In this document: positions 28,778-37,522 of the stretch, piece after piece | Layout of the letters: each line of letters opens with the position of its first letter | Numbering within the stretch: the first letter of the stretch is position 1 | NCBI GenBank assembly: GCA_038230835.1 | Contig: JBBRMM010000003.1 | Coordinates: forward strand, 79,904 to 143,903 | Reading direction: 5' to 3' | Length of the DNA: 64,000 bases | Source of the DNA: Gaiellales bacterium | Lineage (GTDB): Bacteria > Actinomycetota > Thermoleophilia > Gaiellales > JAICJC01 | Made by a program: the position numbers and the translations under genes | Notes under the pieces: model-generated | Database searches by the model: none | What the model was told of the DNA's origin: nothing | Seen by the model: only the letters and a program-made list of their open reading frames with translations

Positions 28778-29478
28778 CCGGACGTGGCCCCGTTCTCGAC
28801 CGGCCGCTCGAGCCCGCCTGGCTTGACGCCGCGCTGCGGATCGCGCGCGAGACGGGAGACCTCGATGAGGTGCGGAGCCGCCTGCACGTCGCACTCGCCG
28901 ACGGCGGCCTCGGGACAGCGGCTCGCGTGAAGACGGTCACAGCGCTTATGCGGACATGGGCGAGCCCGCGCCAAGGGTCGGCGCCGGCGGTCTACTGGGC
29001 CAGGGATGCGCTTGCCAACGAGGAGGACCTTCGCGCAGTGCATCTCGGGGCGCTGCTCGCCGCATATCCATTCTTCGGTGACGTCTGCGCGACCGTCGGA
29101 CGTGTCCTAGCGCTGGAAGAGCAAGTGACGACCCCTGACGTCAGGGCGCGCATTCGCTCCTCGTGGGGTGATCGGCGCACTGTCCACAACGCCGTACAGC
29201 GGGCAATTAAGACCTTGCGCGCATTCGAGTTGCTGACCGGCGATCCGGGAAGCTCACTCAGCCACCGCGCTGAGCGCTTGGTCGTCTCGCCACGGGCCGG
29301 AAGGTGGATCACGCACATGCTCCTGCTTTCGCGTGGAGCCGAATCGATTGACGAACATGATCTGCGCTCCGCCCCGGAACTGTTCGGGCTGCGCCTACCC
29401 GAGCGGCTCGACAACGGATACGTCCTACTCGAGCGCCACCGCGAGGGCGGTGGACGTACGGTGCTAGCCGTAGTGTGA
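28774..29478 (+). CDS. brxA: BrxA (DUF1819-like), terminal gene of the type 3 BREX operon
   Basis: 234 aa starting at the ATG in an ATGA overlap with the pglZ stop. The call rests on size, position and coupling; the listed 328-aa ORF from 28492 would overlap pglZ. Confidence 0.6.
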   Translation: MTGRGPVLDRPLEPAWLDAALRIARETGDLDEVRSRLHVALADGGLGTAARVKTVTALMRTWASPRQGSAPAVYWARDALANEEDLRAVHLGALLAAYPFFGDVCATVGRVLALEEQVTTPDVRARIRSSWGDRRTVHNAVQRAIKTLRAFELLTGDPGSSLSHRAERLVVSPRAGRWITHMLLLSRGAESIDEHDLRSAPELFGLRLPERLDNGYVLLERHREGGGRTVLAVV

Positions 29479-29737
29479 CCGGACGGAGGTGTGCACCAAG
29501 TCCCGGCGCCGATGACCGTTCGGCTCGTGCGAGCTGCGCCATCGGGAAGAGCATCCGCGCCGCGCACTGGGCCTGCGATTCTGACGGAGCAAGCACTGAC
29601 CAATGACGGCTGGATCTTCGATCCGCGAGTGGAACCGCGGCAACAACCTGAAGCGCAAGCTCCAGCTCGTTGAAGATTGAGCAGCACGAAACGGCCGCGA
29701 GCGGCTGATGCGCTACTGTCGCACGGCCGTCGAGGCC

Positions 29738-29759
29738 GGGCAGCAAACGGGCAGCAAAC
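29738..29759. repeat. Tandem 11-bp direct repeat GGGCAGCAAAC x2
   Basis: Read directly from the sequence, in the non-coding stretch between brxA and the tRNA fragment. Confidence 0.6.
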
Positions 29760-29871
29760 GTCTGAACACGGCTTCGCTCGACATCGGGAGGCGACTCGCG
29801 AAAGACCCGAAACACCGCATGGGTAGAGCGACAACGAGTCCATCGTCGCCAACCGTCGTGAGTCTCGAAGT

Positions 29872-29916
29872 GGCCTGTCACGCCGGAGGTCGCGGGTTCG
29901 AGTCCCGTCGCTCCCG
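29872..29916 (+). other. 3' half of tRNA-Asp(GTC), not a complete gene; putative attR of the island
   Basis: GGCCTGTCACGCCGGAGGTCGCGGGTTCGAGTCCCGTCGCTCCCG contains an anticodon loop CTGTCAC, variable loop AGGTC, T-arm GCGGGTTCGAGTCCCGT and a 3' acceptor strand. The roughly 30 nt upstream have no matching 5' acceptor strand (GGGAGCG) and no D-arm. Confidence 0.7.
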
Positions 29917-29955
29917 TTGTTCCTCTGCTCGGTTGAGCACTCCGTTTTGCGAACC

Positions 29956-30561
29956 TCACGCAGCCCAGGAGAATGGCGCCGAGTGGGCATTGCGGCCCTG
30001 GCCGTCGACGTCGATCCCGAACGCGCTGATGCGGGAGGACGTGGCATGGCCGAGGGCGAGGGTCGAGTTGACGGGGTGGGGCGTCCCCGTCACGTGCAGC
30101 GGCTCGGTCGCGCCCTCGGCAAGGAAGTCCTCGGTTTCGAGCTCCACCAGGTCGCCGATCTTCACCCGGTGGTGGTTGCCGTTCTCGGACCACTCGAAGG
30201 GCGCGGCCTCGATGCCGAGCATCTCGCCGATCAGTGGCGCAAAGCCCTCCATCGGCCCACCCATCTGCCCGCTGAAAACGCCGCCCAGGAGTTGCGCCTG
30301 CTGCTCGGATGCGTTCGCGTCCATCAACACGCCGACCCGCCAGTTGCCCTCCATCATCTGGCCGGGAGTGTCCGCGAGCAACGCGAGGGCCAGCCCTGCC
30401 ACGTCCACCCCGTCGATCTCGCCGGCGTCGATGTGGAACGCGAGCAGCACGTTGCAGCGCTCGTTGGTTGCCGGCAGCGCAAACGCGCTGGCGCCGCACG
30501 GGCACATGACCGCGCAGTTGCAGTTTTCGACGTACGTCCCCTCGAGGTGCCACGCCATCAT
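29956..30561 (-). CDS. DUF1326 family protein
   Basis: 201 aa. The N-terminus MAWHLEGTYVENCNCAVMCPCG is typical of DUF1326, and it is paired with the DUF2182 gene upstream. Confidence 0.75.
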   Translation of the reverse strand: MMAWHLEGTYVENCNCAVMCPCGASAFALPATNERCNVLLAFHIDAGEIDGVDVAGLALALLADTPGQMMEGNWRVGVLMDANASEQQAQLLGGVFSGQMGGPMEGFAPLIGEMLGIEAAPFEWSENGNHHRVKIGDLVELETEDFLAEGATEPLHVTGTPHPVNSTLALGHATSSRISAFGIDVDGQGRNAHSAPFSWAA

Positions 30562-30583
30562 GTTCCTCCTCGGATCGGTGAAC

Positions 30584-31390
30584 CTACATGCCCTTGCTCA
30601 TCGGAGCCGGGCTGGTGCTGAACCCGGGTAGAAGGCCGGGATCCACAAGTGCGATCGCCGCGACCAGCAGAAAGCCTGCAGCGACGACGGCGCGAACGAG
30701 CCGATCGGGGCCCGGGACGAGTTTCTCGAGCGTGATCGCGCCGGCCACGATCGCCATCCACACGACGCTCATCAGCCCGACCGCCAACATCAGCCCCATC
30801 AGGAGCCAGCAGCACCCGACGCAATAGCTGCCATGGCGAGCGCCCATGGTCAGCGCCCCGCGCCGGCCATCCCGCCAGTGCCGCATGAACAGATCCAACG
30901 GGCCTCGGCAGTGGTGCAGACACGCCTGCTTCAACGGCGTGAACTGGTACACGGCGCCGGCCAGCGCAACCGGTATGACCAGCAGTCGCGCGATGGACGC
31001 GTCCGAGACCCCGGCCAGCGCCCGCGACGCCAACACAAGGACGCCGAACGACGCGATCCCGAACGCCGTCCAGGCCAGCAGGTAACCGCCCACAAAAGCC
31101 GACGAGCCGCCCACCAGTGGGGCTCCCCTTCCAGCACGGTGACGCATCATCGAGCCGTGCAGACCGACCGCCGGCCACACCGACGGGAACATCATGGCCG
31201 CCATCATCACCACCCACAACGCGATGAAGACCGCAAAGGCCCCCGGATCGAACCGGTCACCCATCGACATCCCACGCATCTGACGAGTGGCCGCGACCCA
31301 CGCCAACACCGCCAGGGCGAGCAGAATCGCGACCACCACCATCGTGCGCCGATCCGTTCGCCTCCACCCAGAAGTCATTCCGACGTCCAT
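30584..31390 (-). CDS. DUF2182 predicted metal-binding integral membrane protein
   Basis: Multi-pass hydrophobic protein with ACLHHCRGPL and GSYCVGCCW motifs. I chose the start at MDVGM (31390) to avoid overlap with the MFS gene. Confidence 0.7.
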   Translation of the reverse strand: MDVGMTSGWRRTDRRTMVVVAILLALAVLAWVAATRQMRGMSMGDRFDPGAFAVFIALWVVMMAAMMFPSVWPAVGLHGSMMRHRAGRGAPLVGGSSAFVGGYLLAWTAFGIASFGVLVLASRALAGVSDASIARLLVIPVALAGAVYQFTPLKQACLHHCRGPLDLFMRHWRDGRRGALTMGARHGSYCVGCCWLLMGLMLAVGLMSVVWMAIVAGAITLEKLVPGPDRLVRAVVAAGFLLVAAIALVDPGLLPGFSTSPAPMSKGM

Positions 31391-31430
31391 GTGGCGCCCG
31401 ACACTACCGCAATCCGTCACGCTCGGCTTC

Positions 31431-32939
31431 TCAGCTCGAGCCGGCCTCCGCACCGGCCGGGGCGCCGATCGCCACCTCGGCCTCGGCGGCCGGCTGCTGG
31501 CCGGTGCGAAGCATGGTCGCACCGATCGCCGCCGCGGTCACCGCGAACACGGCGCCGGCGAGGAAGGCGACGTGGTAGCCGCCGACCAGTGCGGCGAGCT
31601 GCGAGTGCCCGGAGGCCCGCAGGCTGTCCGTACGTGAAGCGGCCAGGCTGGCCAGCACGGCCAGCCCCAGCGCGCCGCCCATCATGAACGCCGTGTTGAC
31701 GATGCCCGAGGCCAGCCCCGACTCCTCCGGTGACACGTCGCTCATGGCGGCCAGCAGCACCGGATTGAAGGCGATGCCGGCGCCGAATCCCAAAAGACAC
31801 ATGCTGGGCAGCACATCCAGCACGAAGCTGCCGCCGGCCGGCGCGCGGGCGAACAATGCCAGCCCGACGGCCGCGACCAGAAGGCCCGTGGCCAGCGGCC
31901 GCTTGATGCCGTACCGCATGACGAGCCGCGCCGAGACTCCGACGGACAGCCCACCCATGATCAGGTTGGCCGGCAGGAAGGCAAGCCCGACCTGGAGCGG
32001 GCTGTAGCCGAGCACGAGCTGGAGGTACAGCGCGGACAGGAAGAACCAGGCGAACATGGCCGCGGCCCACAGCATGCTGACGAGGTTCGCCGTCGCGACG
32101 TTGCGCAGCCGGAAGAGCCCGAGCGGCATCAGCGGCGAGCCGACGCGCGACTCGATCGTAAGGAAGATCCCCAGCAGGCACCCCGCCGCCGCCAGCAGAC
32201 CGAGTGTCCGGCCGGAGGTCCATCCCGCCTGGTTCCCGTTGACGATCGCGTACACGGCAAGCATCAGGGAGGCAGTGACGGTGACGGCTCCAGCCACGTC
32301 CAAGCGGCCCTGGCCGGAGCGGCCGGAGCTGGCGGGCAGCAGCCTCAGCGACAACGCCACCACGGCGACGCCGATCGGGAGGTTGACGAGGAAGATCCAG
32401 TGCCAGTCGAGTGAGTTGGTGAGGATGCCGCCGAGCAGGACGCCGATCGAACCGCCTCCCGAGGCCACGAAACCGAACACGCCCATCGCCTTGGCTCGCT
32501 CGGCCGGTTTGGTGAAAAGGTTCATCATCAGTGACAGCGAGACGGCCGAGGCGATCGCGCCGCCCACCCCCTGGACGGCACGCGCGGTGACCAGGAACCC
32601 CTGCGAGCCGGCGAGCCCGCAGCCGAGCGAGGCGACGGTGAACAGCGTGATACCGGCCAGGAACAACCTTCGCTGACCGAACAGGTCTCCGAGTCGCCCT
32701 CCCAACAGCAGAAACCCACCGAACGTGAGCAGATAGGCGTTCACGACCCACGCCAGCGAGGTTTGTGAGAAACCCAGGTCGGCCCTGATCGACGGCAGAG
32801 CCACGTTCACGATCGTGCTGTCGAGGACGATCATCAGGGTGCCGAGGCAGAGCACTATCAGCGCGTACCAGCGGGTGCGGTCGTCCAGGGTCATGTGGGT
32901 GCTCATCTCCTCTCGGTCGGACTCGACACGGTAGACCAC
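31431..32939 (-). CDS. MFS transporter, DHA2/EmrB-like drug-efflux type
   Basis: 14-TM-like pattern. LCLGTLMIVLDSTIVNVALPSI and GGRLGDLFGQRRLF are typical of DHA2. The true start may be an internal Met (32906 or 32894). Confidence 0.85.
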   Translation of the reverse strand: MVYRVESDREEMSTHMTLDDRTRWYALIVLCLGTLMIVLDSTIVNVALPSIRADLGFSQTSLAWVVNAYLLTFGGFLLLGGRLGDLFGQRRLFLAGITLFTVASLGCGLAGSQGFLVTARAVQGVGGAIASAVSLSLMMNLFTKPAERAKAMGVFGFVASGGGSIGVLLGGILTNSLDWHWIFLVNLPIGVAVVALSLRLLPASSGRSGQGRLDVAGAVTVTASLMLAVYAIVNGNQAGWTSGRTLGLLAAAGCLLGIFLTIESRVGSPLMPLGLFRLRNVATANLVSMLWAAAMFAWFFLSALYLQLVLGYSPLQVGLAFLPANLIMGGLSVGVSARLVMRYGIKRPLATGLLVAAVGLALFARAPAGGSFVLDVLPSMCLLGFGAGIAFNPVLLAAMSDVSPEESGLASGIVNTAFMMGGALGLAVLASLAASRTDSLRASGHSQLAALVGGYHVAFLAGAVFAVTAAAIGATMLRTGQQPAAEAEVAIGAPAGAEAGSS

Positions 32940-32971
32940 TCCCGGCCGCGGAACTCATCGGTCACCGGGCG

Positions 32972-33280
32972 ATGAGTTTGGTGCAGTCGAACCGTCCTTT
33001 GTACCAGATGACCGCGTCACGTCCTGGCACGATCGTCTGCGACGTGGGCGCGCTCGCCGCCGACGCAGACACGGTGCACGCCCTCGCGAGGCTGCAGCTC
33101 GTCGCGCACCGGTGTGGCATGGAGATCCGGCTCAGCCACGCCTCCGGGGAGCTGCAGGAGTTGCTGGCCTTTGTCGGTCTTCGCGAGGTGTTACGCGTCG
33201 AGCCGAGCGGGCAGCCCGAACAGCGGGAACAGGGCGGCGGTGTCGAGGAAGAACGTGAACTCGACGATCCGGCCGGCTGA
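32972..33280 (+). CDS. STAS-domain protein (anti-sigma-factor-antagonist-like)
   Basis: 102 aa. IVCDVGAL...DADTVHALARLQLVAHRCG...LLAFVGLREVL, with an acidic tail, resembles small actinobacterial STAS proteins. Its 3' end overlaps the convergent sigma gene by 90 nt. Confidence 0.55.
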   Translation: MSLVQSNRPLYQMTASRPGTIVCDVGALAADADTVHALARLQLVAHRCGMEIRLSHASGELQELLAFVGLREVLRVEPSGQPEQREQGGGVEEERELDDPAG

Positions 33281-34210
33281 CAGCTCGAGCACCTGCAGCG
33301 CCCACGGGTCGTAGCCCTCGCCGGTGGGACTCGGCTTGTACTGGCCGAAGGCGGGCGAACCGTTGGCCTGCACCACCGGGATCACCCGCGACCCGCGACA
33401 GCCGATGCCCGGCCCGAACCACCACTCCAAGATGTCGTCGCGACCGCGCAGCCACATGTCGAACGGCGGCATCGACTGGCGCGCGTCCTCCTGGATCAGC
33501 GAGGTCAACGCGTCGATGTCGTAGCGCTCGAATGCCTCCACGTAGCGTCCCAGCAGCGCGCGGTCGGCCGCGTCGAGCGGCGGCACAGGATCAGCTGCGC
33601 TGACGTCGCCGGCCGCGAGCGTCGCCCGGGCGCGCTGCAGCGCGCTGTTGACCGAGGCCACGCTGGTGTCGAGCAGCTCCGCAACCTCGGCCGCCTTCCA
33701 GCGCAGCACCTCGCACAGGATCAGCACGGCCCGCTGGCGGGACGGCAGGTGCTGGAGCGCGGCGACGAATGCGAGCCGGATCGTGTCCCGGGCGACGGCG
33801 ATGTCGGCGGGATCCCCGTCGTGGGCAACCAGCCCGTCGGGGATCGGCTGGATCCACGTCGTCTCGGGAAGCGTGTTCAGGTTTGACGGATCCGGGCTCT
33901 GCGCCGGCCCGAGATCCATCGGTTGCGCGCGGCGCTCCCTGCCGTTCAGCATGTCGAGGCAGACGTTGGTGGCGATCCGGTAGAGCCAGGAGCGCAGCGC
34001 CGCCCGGCCCTCGAAGCGATCGATGCCCCGCCAGGCGCGGATCAGCGTCTCCTGGACGGCGTCCTCTGCCTCGAACGGCGACCCGAGCATCCGGTAGCAG
34101 TAGCCCGTCAGCTCGCCCCGGTGCTGCTCGAGTCTGCCCTCCAACTCGTTGCCCCCGGACCTCAGCGTGAGCGGCGAATCGTGCACGAAGCTCATGATAC
34201 GGGCTGACAT
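33191..34210 (-). CDS. ECF-type sigma-70 factor with a C-terminal SnoaL/NTF2-like extension
   Basis: 339 aa with region 2 (EDAVQETLIRAWRGIDRFEGRAALRSWLYRIATNVCLD), a region 4 HTH (AAEVAELLDTSVASVNSALQRAR) and an extra C-terminal domain of about 130 aa. Confidence 0.85.
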   Translation of the reverse strand: MSARIMSFVHDSPLTLRSGGNELEGRLEQHRGELTGYCYRMLGSPFEAEDAVQETLIRAWRGIDRFEGRAALRSWLYRIATNVCLDMLNGRERRAQPMDLGPAQSPDPSNLNTLPETTWIQPIPDGLVAHDGDPADIAVARDTIRLAFVAALQHLPSRQRAVLILCEVLRWKAAEVAELLDTSVASVNSALQRARATLAAGDVSAADPVPPLDAADRALLGRYVEAFERYDIDALTSLIQEDARQSMPPFDMWLRGRDDILEWWFGPGIGCRGSRVIPVVQANGSPAFGQYKPSPTGEGYDPWALQVLELSAGRIVEFTFFLDTAALFPLFGLPARLDA

Positions 34211-34414
34211 CGACCGGACGCCACCTGGGTCGTACCGCCGCTCAGTGCCTCGGCCATTGAGACTGTCCTCTCGTACAGGGTTGCTCGCTGATCGTAGGAC
34301 GGCGCGATGCGGGAAAACTCATCGCACCCGCCCGAACTGCGGCGACACTTCGACCTGAGACCGCGGCAAGGGTCCGGCCCTGACCGACCCCGAGCACGCG
34401 GTACGATCCCGGCT

Positions 34415-34804
34415 ATGGCGTACCACAACCTCCACTTGGACGAGCTCGAGTTCCAGGAGCGGCCGTACCGGCCGGACGACGCGCCCCGGACGGCCGCCAG
34501 CCTGACCGAGGCGCTCGGCCTCGAGAGCTCGCGCGCGACGGTCTGGCGGTACCCGCCCGGGGCGCGCGGCCGGCGCCACCGAGAGGGTGCTCAGGAGGAG
34601 GTGTTCGTCGTACTCGAAGGCACGATCACCATGGCCCTCGGCGAGCCGCCCGAGATGCTCGAACTGCCGGCCGGCGGGCTCGCCCGGGTCAGCGCCGGGA
34701 CAGAGATCCAAGTGCGGAACGAGAGCGGGACGGTCGCGGTCGTGCTGATCTGGGGTGCCCCGGCGGTGACCGGCCAGGGCGAGATCCTCGACGACCTGCC
34801 CTAA
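34415..34804 (+). CDS. Cupin domain protein
   Basis: 129 aa from the ATG at 34415, with a cupin-like core (RHREGAQEEVFVVLEGTITMAL...). Confidence 0.6.
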   Translation: MAYHNLHLDELEFQERPYRPDDAPRTAASLTEALGLESSRATVWRYPPGARGRRHREGAQEEVFVVLEGTITMALGEPPEMLELPAGGLARVSAGTEIQVRNESGTVAVVLIWGAPAVTGQGEILDDLP

Positions 34805-34807
34805 TAG

Positions 34808-36329
34808 ATGCTGCTGGCCGAGATCGCCGCCGCCTCGGACGATGTCCGCGCGGCCACCGCGCGCTCCGCGAAGATCGCCAGACTGGCCGACTGCATCGCG
34901 CGGCTCGCACCCGAGGAGTTGGCGGCGGGGGTCGCATTTCTGTCCGGCGAGCTTCGCCAGCGCCAGATCGGGGCCGGGTGGGCGGCGCTGCGTGACCTGC
35001 CGCCGCCCGCCGCCGATCCCAGCCTGAGCGTGCTCGATGTCGATACGGCCTTCGCCCGCATGGCGGTGGCCGCCGGCGCGGGCTCGCAGGGCGACCGGCG
35101 AAAGCTCTTGAACGAACTCTTCGCCGCGGCCACCGACCGGGAGCAGCACCTGCTGCGCGGACTGGTGGCCGGAGAGCTCCGGCAGGGGGCTCAGGCAGGA
35201 GTGCTGGTGGACGCGGTGGCGCGGGCGACCGGGGCGGGCACCGCGGACATCCGGCGGGCGCTGATGCTCCGCGGCGACCTCGGGATGGTCGCTGAGATCG
35301 CACACAGCGGAGGCGGCGCGGGGCTGCGAGAACTGCGGATCGAGGTCGGGCGACCACTGCTGCCGATGCTCGCGCAGACCGCCGGCGACCTCGCCGGCGG
35401 CCTCGAACGGCTCGGCCCGGCCGCGATCGAGTGGAAGCTGGACGGCCCGCGTGTCCAGATCCACAAGTCGCCCGGCGCGGTGGCGGTGTTCACCCGCACG
35501 CTGGACGACATCACCGAGCGGGTGCCCGAACTCGTGGCCGCCGCCGCGACTGTCGCCGCCGACACCGCTGTGCTAGACGGTGAGGCGATCGGTCTGCGCC
35601 CCGACGGCCGGCCGCTGCCGTTCCAGGTCACAGCACGCCGTATCGCGAGCACCCGGACCGTGGCCGGCATGGCCGACCGGATCCCGCTCAGCCTGGTGCT
35701 GTTCGACGCGTTGCACATCGACGGAGATGACCTGCTCGACCACGCGAGCGGCGATCGCTTTGCGGCTCTCGAGGCGGTCGCACCCGGGCTGATCGTGCCA
35801 CGGTTGGTCGAGCCCGACCCGGAAGCCGCCGCCGCCTTCCTGGCCGACGCGCTGGCCCGCGGGCACGAGGGCGTGATGCTCAAGGCGCTCGATCAACCTT
35901 ACGAGTCCGGCCGCCGCGGAGCGGGCTGGCTGAAGCTGAAGCCGGCCCATACGCTCGACCTGGTGGTGCTGGCGGCGGAGTGGGGGCATTGGCCGGCGCA
36001 CCGGCTCTCTGTCGAACCTGCACCTCGGCGCGCGCACCGCCGACGGCGGATTCGTGATGCTCGGCAAGACCTTCAAAGGTCTGACCGATCGGATGCTCGC
36101 CTGGCAGACGGAGCGCCTGCTCGAGCTCGAGGTCTCGCGTGACCGCACGACCGTGCACGTACACCCGGAGCTCGTGGTGGAGGTCGCGTTCGACGGTGTT
36201 CAGACCAGTCCGCGGTACCCGGGCGGAGTGGCGCTGCGCTTTGCGCGCGTCAAATCCCACCGGCCTGACAAACGCGCCCAGGACGCCGACACCATCGATC
36301 AGGTGCTGGCCATCCACTCCGGCAGCTGA
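34808..36329 (+). pseudogene. ATP-dependent DNA ligase (LigB-type) interrupted by a 1-nt frameshift near 35989-35990
   Basis: Adenylation motif AIEWKLDGPRVQIH. The conserved run AEWGH|[30 protein letters not shown] continues only after dropping one T of CATT at 35987-35990. The OB-fold C-terminus ([26 protein letters not shown]) lies in the second frame (36054-36329). Confidence 0.8.
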
Positions 36330-36337
36330 GCAGCCGC

Positions 36338-37522
36338 TCACCAGGCCTGGGTGGACCGCTCGAACCGCCGGTCGAGCGCGAACGGGTTGTCGCCCGCGTC
36401 CCGCGAGCCCACGATCAACTCGGCGAGCAGCGCCGCACCGCCCGGCCCGGCCATCACTCCGTGACCGCTGTAGCCGGTGTTCACCCACAGCCCGTCGACC
36501 CCTGTCGTCCCGATCAGCGGACGCTGGTCAGGGGTCATCGTGTACTGGCCCGCCTGCACGGCCCATGAGCACGCGTTGCGCTCCCACACATCGCGCCAGA
36601 ACGGCGCCGTCCGGGCAGCGGCGTGCGGCGAGTCGGGATCGAGCAGGCGGTCGGCAAAGGCCGGGTCGACCTCCACCACGTCGGCCGGCTCCCCCGGCTG
36701 CTCGTCGGCGTCAGGGTGCAGCAGGTAGGCGCCGGCCGGCGTCGGACGCCAATGGGTGCCGGTGTCCTCGTCGATCGTCATCGGCGCATCCGCCGGTACC
36801 TCGGGCACGTCCCACAGGACGACCCGCTGGCGGCGGACGGCGTGCACGGGCAGCCCGACACCGGCCAACCGGGCCACATGTCCCGAAAGCGGCCCACACG
36901 CGATCACCGCGGCCTGACATGAGATCGGCCCGGCGGTGGTCTCGACCGCGACCAGCCGGCCACCTGAGACCACCAACCCGTGCACTCGGCAGCCGGTCAC
37001 GACCGGCTGCCCGGCGGCCTCGAGCAGCCCCATCGTGATCGAGCGCGGATCGATCAGCCCGTCGGCCGCGCGAAACCGAGCCGAGATGACGTCCTCGTCG
37101 ACCCACGGAAAGCGGTCGCCCAACTCGCCGCGGCCCAGCAGCTCGATCCCTGTGATCCCCCACTGCCGCTGCCGGCCGACCAGGTCACGCTGCTGCTCGG
37201 CACGGGCCGGATCGGTCGTCAACCACAGATACCCCTGCTCCACCAGTCCCGAACCGTGGGTGGTCTGGCCGGTCTCGTCGGCGAACCGCCGGTACAGGTC
37301 GAGCGATCGCTGTACCAGCCCAAGCTCGTCGCGATGTTCGAGCTGGAGCCGGTACCCGCCCGCCGCCACGGCTGTTGTCAGCATGCCCGGAGCGGCCCGC
37401 GCCTCCACGACCACGCACGAGATGCCCGCTCGCGACACGAAAAACGCGGTGGCCGCTCCCACGATGCCGGCGCCGATCACCACCAGCCCCGCTCGTCTGG
37501 GAGGATCCCGCTGCGAGCCCAC
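36338..37522 (-). CDS. FAD-dependent oxidoreductase (DAO / glycine-sarcosine oxidase-like)
   Basis: GxGxxG motif LVVIGAGIVGAATAFF near the N-terminus when started at the GTG at 37522. The longer listed ORF overlaps the divergent gene. Confidence 0.75.
   Translation of the reverse strand: MGSQRDPPRRAGLVVIGAGIVGAATAFFVSRAGISCVVVEARAAPGMLTTAVAAGGYRLQLEHRDELGLVQRSLDLYRRFADETGQTTHGSGLVEQGYLWLTTDPARAEQQRDLVGRQRQWGITGIELLGRGELGDRFPWVDEDVISARFRAADGLIDPRSITMGLLEAAGQPVVTGCRVHGLVVSGGRLVAVETTAGPISCQAAVIACGPLSGHVARLAGVGLPVHAVRRQRVVLWDVPEVPADAPMTIDEDTGTHWRPTPAGAYLLHPDADEQPGEPADVVEVDPAFADRLLDPDSPHAAARTAPFWRDVWERNACSWAVQAGQYTMTPDQRPLIGTTGVDGLWVNTGYSGHGVMAGPGGAALLAELIVGSRDAGDNPFALDRRFERSTQAW

Noticed and set aside
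28492-29478. 328-aa version of the last BREX gene
   Set aside because: The first 94 codons overlap pglZ in another frame and are Arg-rich. The ATG at 28774, in an ATGA overlap with the pglZ stop, gives a BrxA-sized product.
29843-29916. Possible complete tRNA-Asp gene
   Set aside because: Only the 3' 45 nt fit a tRNA. The upstream 30 nt lack the complementary acceptor strand GGGAGCG and any D-arm (no GG-containing D-loop), so it cannot form a cloverleaf.
29309-30553. 414-aa minus-strand ORF crossing the tRNA fragment and the DUF1326 gene
   Set aside because: It crosses the island boundary and overlaps the well-supported DUF1326 frame. Its composition is that of a shadow ORF.
34319-35464. 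381-aa ORF antisense to the cupin and ligase genes
   Set aside because: It overlaps two genes with recognisable motifs on the plus strand, and its translation is Arg-rich nonsense.
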